A stretch of 64,000 nt of DNA from Vicugna vicugna (GCA_013265495.1 MU058054.1:62001-126000); one strand, 5' to 3'; positions 41,110 to 56,148 are shown, counted from the first letter of the stretch. Notes: generated from the letters alone by a model not told the origin. Numbers and translations are program-made.

Positions 41110-43997
41110 CCTACATTTATTTTCTTTTAAAGCAATTTAGCTTCCTCTCAGAAAAGAAAACAATTTCTATTAACACAATATAAACCCTAATTCAACACTA
41201 GCAACTATTTAAGAATGGTCATCATACAGTTTGTATCATGAGCCTTGCAGAAAGCTTACAATATTCACCAATTAAATACAGACTGACTATACACAATATT
41301 TATCATACCCTCTCCCTAAAAGGAAACATAAAGAGAATAAAGCAAGAAAGAAATAAAAGTTAATTCACAAGCATGAAGAGCAAAAAGACAATAAATGATT
41401 TAAAAAAAAAAAGAAAAGAAACGTGGGGGTTCATTCCTCTGGCAAGAGAAAACAGAGAAAAGGAAATGGAGAAAATTACTAAAGGATTAATACAAGAAAA
41501 TTTCTCAGAAATAAAGGGCATGTGTCTCTAGACTGGGCCACCAAGTACCTCAGCACAATGACTGAAAAAATAACCCACACAAAGTTTCCACATCATGAAG
41601 TTTGAGCATACCAGGAATAAAGATCCTAAAACCTCTAGACAGGTTACATGTAAAAGTTCAAAAACTGAAATGTCACTCTTTACCCTATACAATGTGGAAA
41701 TTATCTTTAGTTTCTGTTACAAGGCAAAAATATAGAAGAGAAAATGTCTGTTCAAACTGGTCAAAATTATATCATACTTCAAACTGTTGAGAGTTTTACT
41801 CAAGGGATAAAACTAGTCTTTGGAGAAAATTTTCTGAAAAGCTAAGATTTGTCAAAGATTTAAAAGTAAAGTAACTTTGAGTAAGATCATTATTAGAGTT
41901 CAATGTTAACTTTATTTAAACTCCTCTTGCTCCTAAAGATTTTGGTTTCTTTAGTTTGGCATAATACCCGAAAAATGAGTGAGATACTTTATTAAAACCA
42001 TGGGGCAGGAAGGGGGAGGTGAGTAGGGGACAGGTTGCTGTAAGAAAGAGACACAGGAATCTCAGAATAAAAGCCTTTTTTATACATAAGTTTTTCAAAA
42101 GACTAAGTTACAGTAACCAGTTTTTTTTTTTTTTTTTACTAATTTAAGTCATTTGTATGTGAAAGCTGAGGAGAAGCAATTTTCTTAAATGCATCAAGAA
42201 TGTGGAGATTCATAGTTAGGCAAAAAGTACAGATCAACCACACATGGCTCTATTATTTATCTTAAGCAGATAATTACGATGCAAGATAGTATGTGTCCAT
42301 CTCTCCACCACACTGAATTCCTTTCTGTCAGGAGTTATGCTTTAACCATGTTTGTATACTGATGACTAGCCCAGCACCAGGCACATGGAATACACTCAAG
42401 TATTTACTGAATAAATAAATGAGTGCATGAAAAGGCCTAACTATATAGGAAGTAGAACAAGTTCTCTTCAGTACCATGTTTGTAACAAGCTAAGACTGTA
42501 AAAGGGAAAATATTAAAGGATCAATTTTTAAATCAAATGAAAAAATTACTTTAATATTCATTAGGTATTAGATACTTCTTCAATCAAATACTCTAAATTC
42601 ACAGCTAATAAGAGACTGCACTTCATATTGCTTTTTCCCTTGACCTTTATTTGTAAACTCATGACCACCACTGTCACCACCCTCCCTATACCTTGACACA
42701 CATCGCCCTCAGACCCCATTCATTCAAATGGATTATGCAGTTAGGATGACAGATGTCTGAACAACAAAAAAATGTGTCACTTTTACCAAAGCTACAAATA
42801 AAACTGAAATCTGTTTGCAAAACAAAATACTCAGTATCACCCTCCACACTCAACAGTATCACCTGTTAAGATCAACAGTTTCCAGAGAATAACTCAGTAG
42901 AGTATGAAGTGTTTACCTATGAGAAAATATGTTCTAAACAATTATCAAGCAATCTATGAGCAGCAAAATTTAACCTTCTCAATAGTTACAGCACGTTTGG
43001 TTTATATGCAAATGATGCTAATTATAAATGAGTCTTATCTAATATCCTTTCCATAGCACAGCAGGATTGTCACTTGGAAAACCTTTTTAAAATACTTGCC
43101 ACATATACCAAGAAGTTACTTTTTAAAAGTAGTCTGAAACTGAGGGTTATTAACTTTCACTGTTCATCCTTCCCATTAGTCTGAACTATAGCTAGGACTC
43201 CTGTCTAAATTCAGGAGTGGAAACTAATGGCAATCCTAAAATTCATGTTCTTTTCACTAATTATGATTCAATTAAACACAAAACATATTTTTTAAAAAAG
43301 ATCTTTCACCTTTAGGATGCTACTTATTTTCAAATCACATATTAGAACAACTTTTGTGACAAAAAAATCTTCCTTTTCCAGTGTTAGTTTGTCACCCTGG
43401 GGAAAGATGCTTGAGAAATACAGAGGCTGAAATTTTTCAAACATGACTCTAAAGAAAGGTAGAAGGAAAGTGAAAAGCATTCAGTTTATAATCCCTAGCT
43501 CCCACAACAGGGAAAGGAAGAAAACAAAATAGGTCAAATGCAAATCAATCATCTTTGATATTTGGTAAGGGCTAATAAGATCTGCTGAAGAGGAAATTAT
43601 TAGCTAAAATAAGGCTAGGGGGCAGCTGTATGGATTTTTCATTTACCAGAGCTAATTCCATCCCCCATTACAGAAAAAAAAAAAAAGGCAATCAAGGGTT
43701 GATACATAACCTTGAACAAATAAAAAATTATACTATCCCCACACCTTTACTGATTGAAATATTGGAACACGTTTATTCAACACAACACAAGCTGCTTAAC
43801 ATTTTTACTACAAGACACAGGATACAATTAAACAGCTCTGCTTAGCAAACTTGCCTTGGAAATGGATCACTATTACCTACAAGCAAACTGTTTTTTCTTT
43901 TACATTATAAAAAATACCATGGATGAGAAGGTGAGAGGGATATTCCTATTTTAAACTACAGACTCCTAGACCTTGAATCTTGCATAAAAAAGAGCAC

Positions 43998-45519
43998 TCA
44001 GGTTCTCAAAATTTTGGCTGTCTGGACTGTTTTATAGTCTTGGAAATGGAGGACCCCCCAAAACTTTGTTAATCAAATCTATTCATGTTCACTGTGTTAG
44101 AAGTTAAAACTGAACTGTTGTCTAATGGATACATAGTTTTAGTTTTGTAAAAAGTGCTGAAGATTGGTTGCATAACAACGTAAATATATTTAATAGTACT
44201 AAACTGTATATACTTAAAAATGGATAAGATGGTAAGTCAAGTTATGTATATATTACAACATAAGATATTTTTAAGAAAAAAAATCAAAGCAAAAATTTTA
44301 AAGATTTGTCATTTTGAAATAATTTGTTAACATAAATCAAAATACCAAATTAAAAAAACTATACAAAACAAAAAATATTAGCAAAACGACTGTCATTGTT
44401 TCACAGTTCTGAAATCTTTTTAATGTCTGACTTAAAGACGACAGCCTGATTTTCATGTCCACTTTTGCATGCAATCTGCACTAGGTTCTTTTGACTGAAG
44501 TATACAAGTAAAATTCAGTCTCATTCAGGTATCTAGTGGAAAAAGTATTTCAATAGCTTTCTCAGATAACTGTGGATATTCTTTGATCCTTCACCAAAAC
44601 TCATCCAGTGGCAGTTTCTTAAAAGCTGCTCCAATATGGAACATGAAACTGTATCAATGAACATTTCCTACTCTGATAAACTGAAAACCATTGGTCTATC
44701 TTCCATTTCCAATGGATCTTTTTACCCATGAGTGATTTTGTAACACCATGCACCGGTTACTTAGAAAATACTGGTTCACTGATTTACACAGTTCTTCCAA
44801 ATGTTGACCTTTTCATTATACAACTTCAAGATATCACATTCATTAATGCCACCGCTGAGTTTACAAAAAAAGGAAAAAGAAGTTATGTATTGGGAAACTG
44901 TCGAGCTCTAAGTGGCAAATACAAGTCTTCCAAAACTCTATTTTCACTCAAAGCTTGAATTTTATCTTTAACTAAAAAATACTGTCAGTTTGTCAGGCTC
45001 GCTTGGTTTAGTTCTGAGAAAATGTCTGCCAAATATCCAAGCCTTTATAACCATACTTTGTAAGCCATTCTTCAGAAAAAGTGGTATTCTATGAAAAAAG
45101 CAGCTAGTTCAGCACGTGACTCAAACAACTGCACAAGTTCTTTTCCTTGAATTAACCATTGGCTTTGATGTTCAGTAAAAGTGGTTTGGAGGACTTTTCA
45201 TTTCATCAAACAAGTATTTTTTAAAATGTACTCAAAGACTGAGACATAATAAAATTAATAAGTTTTATTGCTTCATCAAGGACATTAAGTGTAACTGCCA
45301 TTTACTTTTTAATTCCTAGTGCATGGTGATGTCCTAAACCAGTACAGTTTAGTGCTTCTGTTCTAATTCATGCAATTTTACCCACCACTGATTCTGCAAA
45401 TGTCAATATAGCAAATAATGCCTTACTATTATTGAGAAAATAGTTTTGACCTGGAGTATTCCCAGAAAGAGTCTGGAGACGTAATAGAAGTCTGGGAGAT
45501 AGACTCTGAGAACCACTGA
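43998..45519. mobile_element. Charlie1-like hAT DNA transposon with a small nested L1 3' fragment (~44120-44280)
   Basis: Termini ggttctcaaa / tgagaaccactg, internal sequence typical of Charlie1. Confidence 0.75.
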
Positions 45520-46489
45520 AATAGCTGATGCATTACTTGGATGATTAAGAAAAGAAAATGTTTTTAGAATACATCACATTATAACATGAGTGTTTAAATA
45601 TACACAATAATATGGTGATATGCTCAAACCACAGACAATCTGGTATTTCACACAGTCAGAACTCAAACATATAATGAACAACAAAATACGATATACTTCC
45701 TGAATAACTTAAGAAATAATTACCAAATACTTACCATAAGCCAGACTCTGAGCTAGGTGCCTCTACATTCCCTTTCTTGGGTAACTCACAGAAGCCCACA
45801 GACCAGATTGATGATTTTAATATACGAGAAAAAAAATTTATCCTGAAATCTTTCAGATCTTTTTTAAGATTAGACCTACATGGCTGCAAGAAAAAGTCTG
45901 AAAATTCACCATAAAGCGCAAGATAGCATGTTAAATTCTATTTTAAGCACTATGCCATGAAGCTAAAAACAGGCCTGCTCACATTCAGACACCCAAATAC
46001 AAAATGAATTCTGTGGCTGTGTACTGCCAGAACCCCATAAAGAACGCTACATTCCATTTCTCCTCAAGCCAAACAACGCTTACCTATTAGTTTTATTCCT
46101 ATTTTTAAGTGAAGTTCCAATATTAACACTATAGAAGCTACATTAAATGTGGCAACTATTATTTTTTAAACATACAGAAAAACCATCAATCAAGTTAAGA
46201 ACTTTTAGACATATACACCGATAAATTCAAGAAGATACATATGAAATATCTGCTCTATAAAAAAGAATGAGACTATCTTGTGTTGAGACATGTCATGGAA
46301 AAAACTTGAATACTGTACATTGTTTAGTGAAAAAAGCAAGCCAAAGGATATTATGTACAGTGTGTATAGTCCAATTATGTAATGTATATACATACATTTA
46401 ATACATACTTATTGAGCTCCATCTATGTCTCTAGTTTGTTCTGAATCAAGACATATGCACATACAATAAATTACAAATGTTATACAGAC

Positions 46490-46800
46490 ATAATTAAATG
46501 CCCATACAAACAAAAATGAATGGGACAGACATAAAAGGCTACATATTATATGATTCCATTTATATGAAGGTTCAATACAGGCAAATCCATAGGGACAGAA
46601 AGTAGATTAGCAGTTGCCTGAGGGTGAGGTGAGTTGTGGGCAGTGGGGGTGATAGCTGAAGGGTGCAAGAAAAATGTTCTAAAGTTGGTTGCCGTGATGG
46701 TTATACAACTTTGTGATTACATTAAAATACCATTTAATTGTGCACTTTAAATCGATGAACTACATGGGATATAAATTTTATCTCAATAAAGCTGTTATAC
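46490..46800 (+). mobile_element. L1MB-type 3' end
   Basis: aggcaaatccatagggacagaaagtagattagcagttgcc...tatctcaataaagctgtt. Confidence 0.8.
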
Positions 46801-49800
46801 TCTCTCCTCAAAAAACAGAATAGGTACCAAAGTGATAGCAAGGGGTGAGGCGTGGGTGGGGTGAAGATGATGAAGGCCTATAAAATTTTACTCTGCTTAC
46901 TGCTGTATCATCACAGTGAGAAATGTATGCATTTATCATCTATGTAACTTAAGGAAATGTAAAAGATAAACTTAAAACAGTGTTTCATAACTTACTCTGG
47001 ATTTAATGTTACTCAAGCTCATCTACGAAGCAGCCATGGAAAAAAGTGTGAAGATACGAGCCTATCTCAGAACATTCACAATTCAGACTGGGATATAAAC
47101 ATGTGCTTCTGCCCCCTAACAGAAACAAATCTTGAACATAATTTGTTCACTTGACAAATCTTAGGCACCTATTGTGTCCACAGGGTAGGGATGGGGGAAA
47201 TGGAGTGGTATACAAAGCAGAACACTAGTCAACAACTGAAAAAGCAAACTAACAGCTCTGGCTTTAAGCTAAGGACTTTTGTTATCTAGTGGAGGAGACA
47301 AAACACACATACAAAATATACCGAGGTCAGATTATAGAAAATGTTGAATACCAAACTGAGAAGCTAAGACTTTATCCTGTTTTCGATGGAAAGCCAATGG
47401 AGTTACAGGACGAAAGGAGTGTTTTGGGAAAACTGACCTGGCAACCAAAGAGGGGAAACTGAAAGCACAGAAGAATAGCAGGAAAGGTAAGAAAGAGATG
47501 AAGTTTTCTAAAATAAGAACATATACAACAGTCCTGTAAGAGTTATTGACATTTCAGAGTTACTAGTTAATGTTCAAAGGGTTTATGTTTGTTTTGTTTG
47601 CATTTCTATGGTGAAGCAGAAAAAGAAAAAAGGTGATTTCTTCATCTTAATGAATTATAGATGTTCATGGCTAAGAATGAAGGTTTACCAGAAAATTCTG
47701 AGGGGAGGAAGGGTTGGAGGAGTTATCTTCTCATGTGATATCATGAAAGCAAGAGTAGAGGAAATCAAAAGCAATGACAGTTCCACAATTTTTTAACAAG
47801 AAAAGGGAAGCAGTATAGTCAACAAACATTTTCTAGAAAGACTAGCAAAAAGTGCAAGACACCTCGTGCTACTTCTGAAATTGACAGTAAAGGACAACCA
47901 AGTATTTTTAAATTTCTCTATCACCTATTTTCAAAAATCCTAATGATTCAATTTGTTACATAAATGCTAAAGATTATGGTAAGGAGCAAATTTAACGTAT
48001 CAAATTTAGAGTATAATCCAGTCCATATCCTTAATTTCATCAGCTATCCCTTCTGTGGTGCAGTACTTTTCAAATGTTGCACAAATAATATTCTTAATTC
48101 AATTCACATATGCATTTATTAGCTGATTTAACCCATAAAGTTCTTTTTTAAAATATAAAAACGTTTCCTTTGCCTATTTAACCTCCTTTCTCTAACAGCC
48201 TCCTTGAAACAACGTTACCTACCAATCTTATACTATGGCAAACGCTTTGAGATTAAAAATATGGGTAAGGCAAAAATTCTTACTTCCACTGTCTTTATAT
48301 TAATGTTTAGCATTACTTTTTCTTTTTAAATATCAGTTAAAAACAGGTGGGCATGTAAATAAGGCACATAAGCTTGCAATATTTGATTACTGTGATACAA
48401 TTTCCAAAATCAACACTTCTTGAAATGAGTTATACATGCTATTTCATAATCTACTTCATACTGTATCAAATATTCTGATTCAGAAGCAATGTTTACTTAC
48501 ATTTTATAAAATCTATCTCTGCCATCATTTAATAATCTTATCTGACAGGTTTACAGGAACAGAAACAATAAAGGTAAAGACAATGAACAAATCAAAAACT
48601 ACTTATTTCACTCACAACACTTTATCCAATCAAAACTATCATTCGCACTGTTTCCTGAGGCACAAAAAAAGGTCTATCAAATAAATATTCAGTTAGAATA
48701 AAACATCTGCAAACTTTTAATCAGGCTGTTTGTCAACACATTGTTTAAAACAGTTTAAAAAAAGAGTGGAAATAATCTAATTGTCCAGCGACAGGGGACT
48801 AGCTGAATAAAGTACAATGTTACCTTTCAAATAATCATATAGACCTGTATTTACTAACCTGGAAAGGTAGTCATGAAAATAGATTACAAATAAAGAGTAT
48901 CATTATCTCTTTTTATGGTGAATATACATATGCATAGTGCTCACAGAGAGAAAGTCTAAATGGATAGATACCCAGATGTTAACCATGATATTTCTAAATG
49001 CTGCGACTACAGGTGCTGTTAATTTTTCTGCTTACTCTTCAGTATTCTCCGAAACTTTCCCAAGCAAAATGATATTTGAAAGAATTAACATCTATGATTC
49101 TAACTAACAAACTCCAAAATTTTCCTTGCAAAAAGCCCAAGGAATATCCAAAAATATCCTGGCATAGAGCAAGAGGGAAAGTATTAGCAACAACATAACT
49201 AGAATTCTTTGTGAGCGAGGCACCCTAGAGGGCTCCCAGGACTGACAAGGCACCTTTAAGGCAGCCTACAGTACAGGGTTTTGAAATCACAAGACCTAGG
49301 TTCAAGTGCCTGCCACTTTTGTTTGTACGACCTTGGGCTAGTCACTTACCCTTTCTGGGCTTACTTTATAGATAAAAGGGAGTATTATCTGCCTTTCTTA
49401 CCTCAATGAACTGTTGGAAAAATTAAAGAAGATAATGTGATACACTTCGAACAGCAAAGTACCATACATTATTCAAATATAAACAAAAAACAAGGTGCTT
49501 AATGCCAGAGCAGAAAACTTCAGAACACAGCAAAATCATGTCTATGGAGTAATGAACCAGGGGTTATGTCTGTTTTTAAAGGCAACGTCTTGTCATAAAC
49601 ACCCAATTTTTCAGAAATTTAGATAATTCTTCCTAGTCCTTATTACAGCTCTAAGCCCTTTTCTTTTCTTATCCCTAGCTACAAGCAAGAACGGTACAAT
49701 TTACACTGAACTCAAAAGTCTCAACAAGAACCCTGGAGCAGCATGTTGATGGAGTTCACCAGGAGAAACCCAAGGTTAATCAGCTATGGACTCACCACTA

Positions 49801-52800
49801 AGCACTGCTGCAATCAACTGGGATTACAGAAGACTCTTTGAAGAGAAAGACAATACAACCACCAAAGAGAAACGGTGGAGGAAAAAGCTGTATTTCAAAA
49901 CAATTATATGAAATACTTGAAAACTAAAGTGTTTTATAAATTGCTTTTAAATACTGTTCATAAAAAGGGTGACTTAAAACAAAAGCCATCTAAATGTGGC
50001 ACTTGAGAAAAGCAAGTTACGGAGATTCAAATCAAACCCACGAATAAATTTTCAGATTTACTTGCTTCCATCTGAAATAAAAGGTGACAAATTATACCAT
50101 AACGATCAAAATTAAGTAGCTATTTCTTGAAAACAGAGATGCAGAATATGATGACAGAATTTACTGACATGCTTACATAGATACTACTTTTAAAAGTATG
50201 GGTTTTAAAGTAAGATTTCCCTTCCCCTTGAATTTCATCATTTACTCCACTAAAATGATAATGAACTTCTTCCTGCCTACTGTTTCTCCTGTGAGTTAAA
50301 ATGGCAATGTAACTCAATTTGAGTTTTAATGCAAAAAATGTGTAATTTTTTTTAAGTACTTTAAGAGGAGCTACATGAAGCTGTCAGATTATTAACTTCC
50401 AAGATCATATGACCCTCCCGCTTCTCAGTTCCCAAAGATAATAATATGCTCACTCTCTACATTCTCACAAATGTCATTTATGGATAATTCCCCTAATAAA
50501 AAATTAAACCTTTCATAAACAAATGGGTACAGAGAAATTTTTGATATGTATGATTCACCATCTAATTTTTATTGGCACTATCTTTAAGTGTTGCAGTTTG
50601 CACTGTTCCTACAGGGAATACAGATCTATCCATTTTCCTCATCTGATCTTGCAGATCTGTTCCAGATTTAAAAAGACTCACTGAGATGGGTTATGAGGAA
50701 AATAATTATGAACACAATCCACAGTAAAATGAAATGTGGATTGTAAGTTCAGATAACAAAAAAGTAACTGTATTTACTCAAAGCCTCATAGTTGGAAATC
50801 CATTGAAGCATTGTGTTTTCACCTAGAATTCTGAAAAACCTGAGCTTTTCTTAATTCTTACTCTGACTTTCACTCCTTATTAGGAATAAATGTTATTTAC
50901 CTCCAAAAATCACAAATAAGAAACACTCAGAAAATACAATTTCCAAAAAGGGTTATCTTCCAAAGCTTACTGCACAGAAAATTATATACACATTCTCAAA
51001 TAACTAGGGTAAGTGTTAAGATCATCTTCTCTCCTTTAAAAAAAAAAAAAGCAAATGTAATCATAATCAAATATAAACAAAAATTTTAACACTGCCATTC
51101 ACCAGCTAAGCAATTTATCACAGCTCCTCAAAGTACTGGGTAACACACAATGACAGATCAGTATGTCAAGAGGAGTTATTATAATTAGAAAAAAAAAAAC
51201 CTGTACAACAGAACAGAATAGTAGAAAAAACTCCTTTGGAAAAACTCACGTAGATTTTGGAAAACCAAAAAAGGAGATCAATTTTAGAAAAATAATGTTT
51301 TCCCCCGCAAGTGTGTAGCGTTTATCCGATGCAGGATCATTTTTGTAAAGAGAAACTTTACTTAAGAAGACTCACACCAGGGATCTGATCTATCCCCAAA
51401 GGCACTTTCTTAAAATGAGAAAGAACAAAGGAGGAAATCTCCCAGCATGTGCTTTCCATACCAGTTTCTTCGGACAGCATCAAGAGTGACAACATAGCCA
51501 GCACAGGCTTTTCAGCTTTACTCTGTAGCCCACGTATTACAGAACTGATTAGCTATCATTCAAAAGGATTCCTAACAAAATAAATATTAGAAGGCAAAGG
51601 ATCCCAGCAACATAGTGACTACATTTTGAGAGTTATACCATAGAAAACGTGTATCTTAAAGTTGCATACTTTATTTCAGGAGTTAATTACCTCCAAATAG
51701 TCAAATTCCTGAGGCTTTTTCATTTCAGTCAGTAGTTTGAAACTGGAAAAAACGAAACCATCCATTCTAAATCTGCTCCCCTTTAAATTAATTTGCAATA
51801 AGAAGTAAATTCTAAAAAGAATGACAAATGCAGAGCCTAATTATACAAATTTTGGAATGTTAACATTGCAAAATTATTGGGGGAAACGATCTCCCATCAA
51901 AGCTTTCCACGGAAAAACTCTCCAGAAACAAATCAGGCGTTTGGTTGTTCTGGAAGTTGTCGTTTCATTATAAAGGAGACAATTTTAAGAATAATTTTTA
52001 TTAATTACAAAAAGAAGACTCTCCCCAAAGATGTACAATTGTATATCTCAATCTCCACTCTGACAGAGATGTCAGTTCTCTGGGTCAGGATACAACCAGC
52101 TGCTCAGTTCACACACAGGAAGCCACGGAGAAGGGAATATCGCGTTCAGAGCCTCGAAATAATACGCGTTAGTTAAAAACTGCTTGTTACTAAAGGAAAA
52201 TTATTCAAGCGGAGCCCCATTTGTCACAATCCAATCATAAGGGTTCCAACCCCCTCCTCCAACTGCTTGTGTAGTGGTGTATCTGCTTCAGTAAAGAAGC
52301 CATCATCAGGTAAAGAAGATTGGGGTGGGAGAAAAAGCGGGGAAAAGGGGGCACCCTTTCATCCAATTTCGCGAGGCGTGAGTAATTGGTACCGTTGGGA
52401 GGAACGGAGGAACGTTCTATTTATTGGGGGTTGAACTAGGACGAGGGGAGAATTTCGTTCAAATCAACATGGCCAGCAAGATGTCCCTACAAACAAAAGG
52501 CAACGGGGGGATATAAACACGAACCATTCACCTCCATCAGCTATAGCATCGCCATCATGGTGTGTGCAGACCCCCGAAGGCTCCTCTCACCCTCCAGCCA
52601 AAGGAAGAGAAGGAAAAGAAGGGAGAGTAACTGCCTCCCACCATCTACCACTGCTTCCAAATGCACACCCTTCGAGGGGGTTTCTCCCCCACGATGCCCG
52701 GAATCAGGGCGAAAGAGTACCGTCCCACCCAGGGAGACTCCCCCGCTACCCACCGGTCGAACCCCAACGCCAGCCGGGGGTTCAGTAAACTTTACCAGAG

Positions 52801-53424
52801 CTTCTCACCTCCATCCCCACCCCATCGCCCCAGGATCGCGCTGCCCACCAGCGGGGCACCCCGGGCGCCTCCTGACAGGCGGGCAGCCCGGGAGAGCCGA
52901 GTCCGGGGCGGGGGCGGCAGGGAGCCACGGAGGGGCGGGGCGGCCGGAGCCAAGTTCCCGGGGGTCTGAGGATTGCGCCTGACAGGAGCCCGGGACTGCA
53001 AAGGAGGAAGAGGAAGCGGCGGCGGGGAGCTTTCCCGATCCCCCCTACATGAACACCCTGCCCCTGCCCCCGCTCCTCCCGAGGGGCGGGGAGGCCGACT
53101 GGAAGGTGAGGAAGCCGAGCCCGGGGGACAGCGGCGGCCCCCACCTCCCGACTCGCGATCTCTTCCCCCGCCACCCCCGCCAGAGGCGCCCACAACAATA
53201 ACACGCCGGGGACGACCCGTCAGCGCCCCCGAGGCACCCGGGGCCCGCGGCCCGCCGCTGCCGGGCCCCCTCAGCTGGGACCGGACGCGCCTTTCTCCTC
53301 TACAACTCCAGGTCCCGGTGGAGTCAGGCCCGAGCGGCCCCCCAGGGTCGGACCCATCCCCCCCGGCACCAGCAGCGCCGTCTCCGCGGCCGAATATTAG
53401 AAGTGAATTCGAGCTGCGCTTTAC

Positions 53425-53448
53425 CTTTAGTTCCGCACTGTCCGCCAT
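53425..53448 (-). CDS. PIAS1: PIAS1 coding exon 1 (MADSAELK)
   Basis: Minus strand reads cgcaagATGGCGGACAGTGCGGAACTAAAG|gtaaag. It encodes MADSAELK, the known PIAS1 N-terminus, in strong Kozak context, ends at a phase-0 GT donor and lies inside a CpG island. Confidence 0.97.
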
Positions 53449-53536
53449 CTTGCGTCTGTCAGCGCAAGCGCAGTGAACCTCGCCGGGGGCCGCCGCTAGA
53501 CCCGCCCCTCTAGCCAGCCTGGCCCCGCCCCGGCCC

Positions 53537-53557
53537 NNNNNNNNNNNNNNNNNNNNT
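53537..53557. other. Assembly gap (N run) in the GC-rich promoter/5'UTR
   Basis: 21 consecutive n characters. Confidence 0.99.
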
Positions 53558-54699
53558 CTCCCCTCCACCTCCCCGGCCCGCCCCCGGCCTCCGCCCCGCT
53601 CTGGGTGCTCGCAGCCCCGCCCCGGGCACGTACAGCTGCGAGACGGGCACGTACCATTTAAATAATGGCGCCAAGAGGGGAGGTTTGACAGTTACTCCCC
53701 CCTCGGCCTCCCCGCCCCCCATCCTGGCCAGGCTAGCGCCTCCCGGGAAAGGCCGGAGCGCGAGGGCTGCTGGCCGGAGCCCCGCCCCTCCACGGCCTGC
53801 GGAGCCCTTCTGCAAAGCTTCGGTGCCTACAGTCGCGGGAAACAATAATGCCCCTCTCCCACAATCAGCAAGTCCTTTTCAGCACCTGCTACCTGCTCGG
53901 CTACACATGGGCTAAAAATAACAATCCGTTACATTTCATTTAAGGATCACTTAAAGCATTTCCAGGTTTTTTAGCTCAGATCCTCATGACGCAGTGAGGC
54001 AAGGAGAGATTACAATTCCTGTGCTATATACATCCTGAGACTTAAAATCTCAGGAAAAGTGACTTACCCAAACAAGGACTTTAAAAAGGTTGCCTCTAAG
54101 ACAAAAATTGTTAAGACATTCATTCATTAACTTCTTTGTTTTAACAAATAATTACTTTGTTTTAACAAATAATGTAGCGGCACTATTTCTAAGGGCTAGA
54201 TATACAGTAAGAAATTAAATACAACGAAGCTCTAACAGGGGAAACAGACAAGTGAACCAATAAAGATACAATTACAAATGATGAGTACCAAAAAACAAGC
54301 AAACACGCCCCGAAGAGAAAAGGAGGTTGGAAGGAAATGTACTTAATCCTGAAAGGGCTTTCTCCACTGAATTGATATTTAAGTATACTGATAAAATAAT
54401 TATTTCACACCTTTCCCTCTCCACTAAAAGCCTCTATACCTCCTCCCAAACTCCACTTTTTGCTACTCAGCTTTGTCTCATACCTGATAGAAAGATGTCA
54501 GATATGAACTTTGTCTTCTCACCGTCAAAACTACTCTTAAAGGCACAGTAACATTTGGGATGCTATGAATGAAGTTTTCCTGTGCCTGTGAATGCCAGTC
54601 CCTCCACCAAGAACTCAGATTTTTCCCCTCCACATTCCTAAGAAGTTCACCCCTACAATAACCTTGCCCTCCAGCATCATTACTTTCCCCCCTCTCTAT

Positions 54700-55590
54700 T
54701 GGATGGCTTCTGTCTGCATATAAACATCCTGAAATTTCTCCCATCTAAACAAACCTCCTTGACGCCCAAATCGCCTCCACAACTGCCCGATTTCTCTGCT
54801 CTCTTCGCTGCATAAATTCTGATAAAGTTTTTCAAGAGCTCTCTGCAGTGCTTGCTCCCACTCCCTCACTTCATATTTATTTAGCCTACTCAGATCCAGC
54901 TTTGACTTCCCTCATCAGGATCACTTATGAAGATTACTAATGATCTCTGGTTTTCCGAAGCCAATTGCCAATTCTCTATTCTTATCTAAATTGAACTCTC
55001 AGCAGAATTGCAAACAGTTGACAAGCTTCCTTTCTTTTGAAACACTTTTCCCCCTGAACTTCCCTCAATATCTTATTGTCCTGAGTTTCTTGTTGCCTCC
55101 CTGGGCCCCCTTTTCAGTCTTTTAGCTGATTTCTCCTCTTTGGCTCAGTCATTAAATGTTGCTATGCTCCAGGGCTCAGTCCTTACCTTCTTCTCTATTT
55201 TACCATCCCCAGGTGATCTCATCCAACTCCTTGACTTTAAGTCTACAAACAGAATGACTCTCTGATTTCTGTCCAGCCCAGACCTCCCCACCAAAACCCA
55301 GACTGGCTACTTAATATCTCTACTTCACAACTCATAGTCGTCTCAAACTCGTAGCAAAAGGCCTTGATTTTACCCCAACACCTGCTTCTTCCCCAGGATT
55401 CTCAGTGGATGGCAGCATCATCCACCCAGTTGTTCAAGGCCAAAATATGGAAATCATCCTTGGTTTCTCTCTCTCATTAACCTCTCACATCCAACCTATT
55501 AGCCAGCCCAGTCTAAAACATATCCCAAGCCTGTCCATTTCACTGTGTCTCCACCACCCTCACTCTACTCCAGGCTGCCATAATTTCACA
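54700..55590 (+). mobile_element. L2 LINE remnant
   Basis: ctccagggctcagtccttacc, gtgatctcatccaactcc, ccagcccagacctcccc, catccacccagttgttcaaggcca. Confidence 0.75.
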
Positions 55591-55890
55591 AATAGACCGC
55601 TGGGAAGGCTAACATAACTGACAGGACCACATTATGATTTTTGTGGCCCTGGGCACTTTTGCCTTATAGGGACTGTGGGATAATAAAACAAATAAAACTT
55701 GACTTTGTCTCTGGCTCCTGGCACAGAGCTCCTGAAACCCTTGCGATTTTCTGAGTGATAGGATTGTCTTTTGTTACTCGTAATGAGCCCCTTTCCACCA
55801 CACCTGAATTTATGCTAATGAAGTGACGTAGGGTGGGGCTCCTAGGAACTTTCAGGTTGGGATCTGCTCACTGCAAGACCAAATGTGGTT

Positions 55891-56148
55891 ACAGACATAG
55901 AATACAAACTTGTGGTTGCCAAGGGGGCAGGAGGTGGGAAGAATAGACTGGGATTTCAAAGTTGTAGAATAGATAAACAAGATTATACTGTATAGCACAG
56001 GGAAATATATACAAGACCTAAGAGAAAAAAACAATGAATATATATACATGTTCATGTATAACTGAAAAATTGTGCTCTACACTGGAATTTGACACAACAT
56101 TGTAAAATGATTATAAATCAATAAAAAATTTAAAAAAAGAAAAGGAAA
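55891..56148 (+). mobile_element. Young L1 3' end with perfect 16-bp TSD
   Basis: TSD aagaccaaatgtggtt at 55875-55890 and 56149-56164. Confidence 0.9.

Larger units (their letters stand above)
52350..53850. promoter_or_regulatory. PIAS1: CpG island / PIAS1 promoter, exon 1 and proximal intron 1
   Basis: Sharp rise in GC and CpG density against an AT-rich background. Multiple GC boxes (ccccgccc) and a YY1-type AAGATGGCG motif overlapping the start codon. Confidence 0.93.

Noticed and set aside
52541..53915. Many long overlapping ORFs (up to 258 aa) around exon 1
   Set aside because: Expected from stop-codon depletion in a GC-rich CpG island. The products are low-complexity G/P/A/R, and only MADSAELK is supported by splice signals and homology.
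54134..54173. Short 21-bp-period duplication (ctttgttttaacaaataat x2)
   Set aside because: Ordinary slippage-type microduplication in AT-rich sequence.
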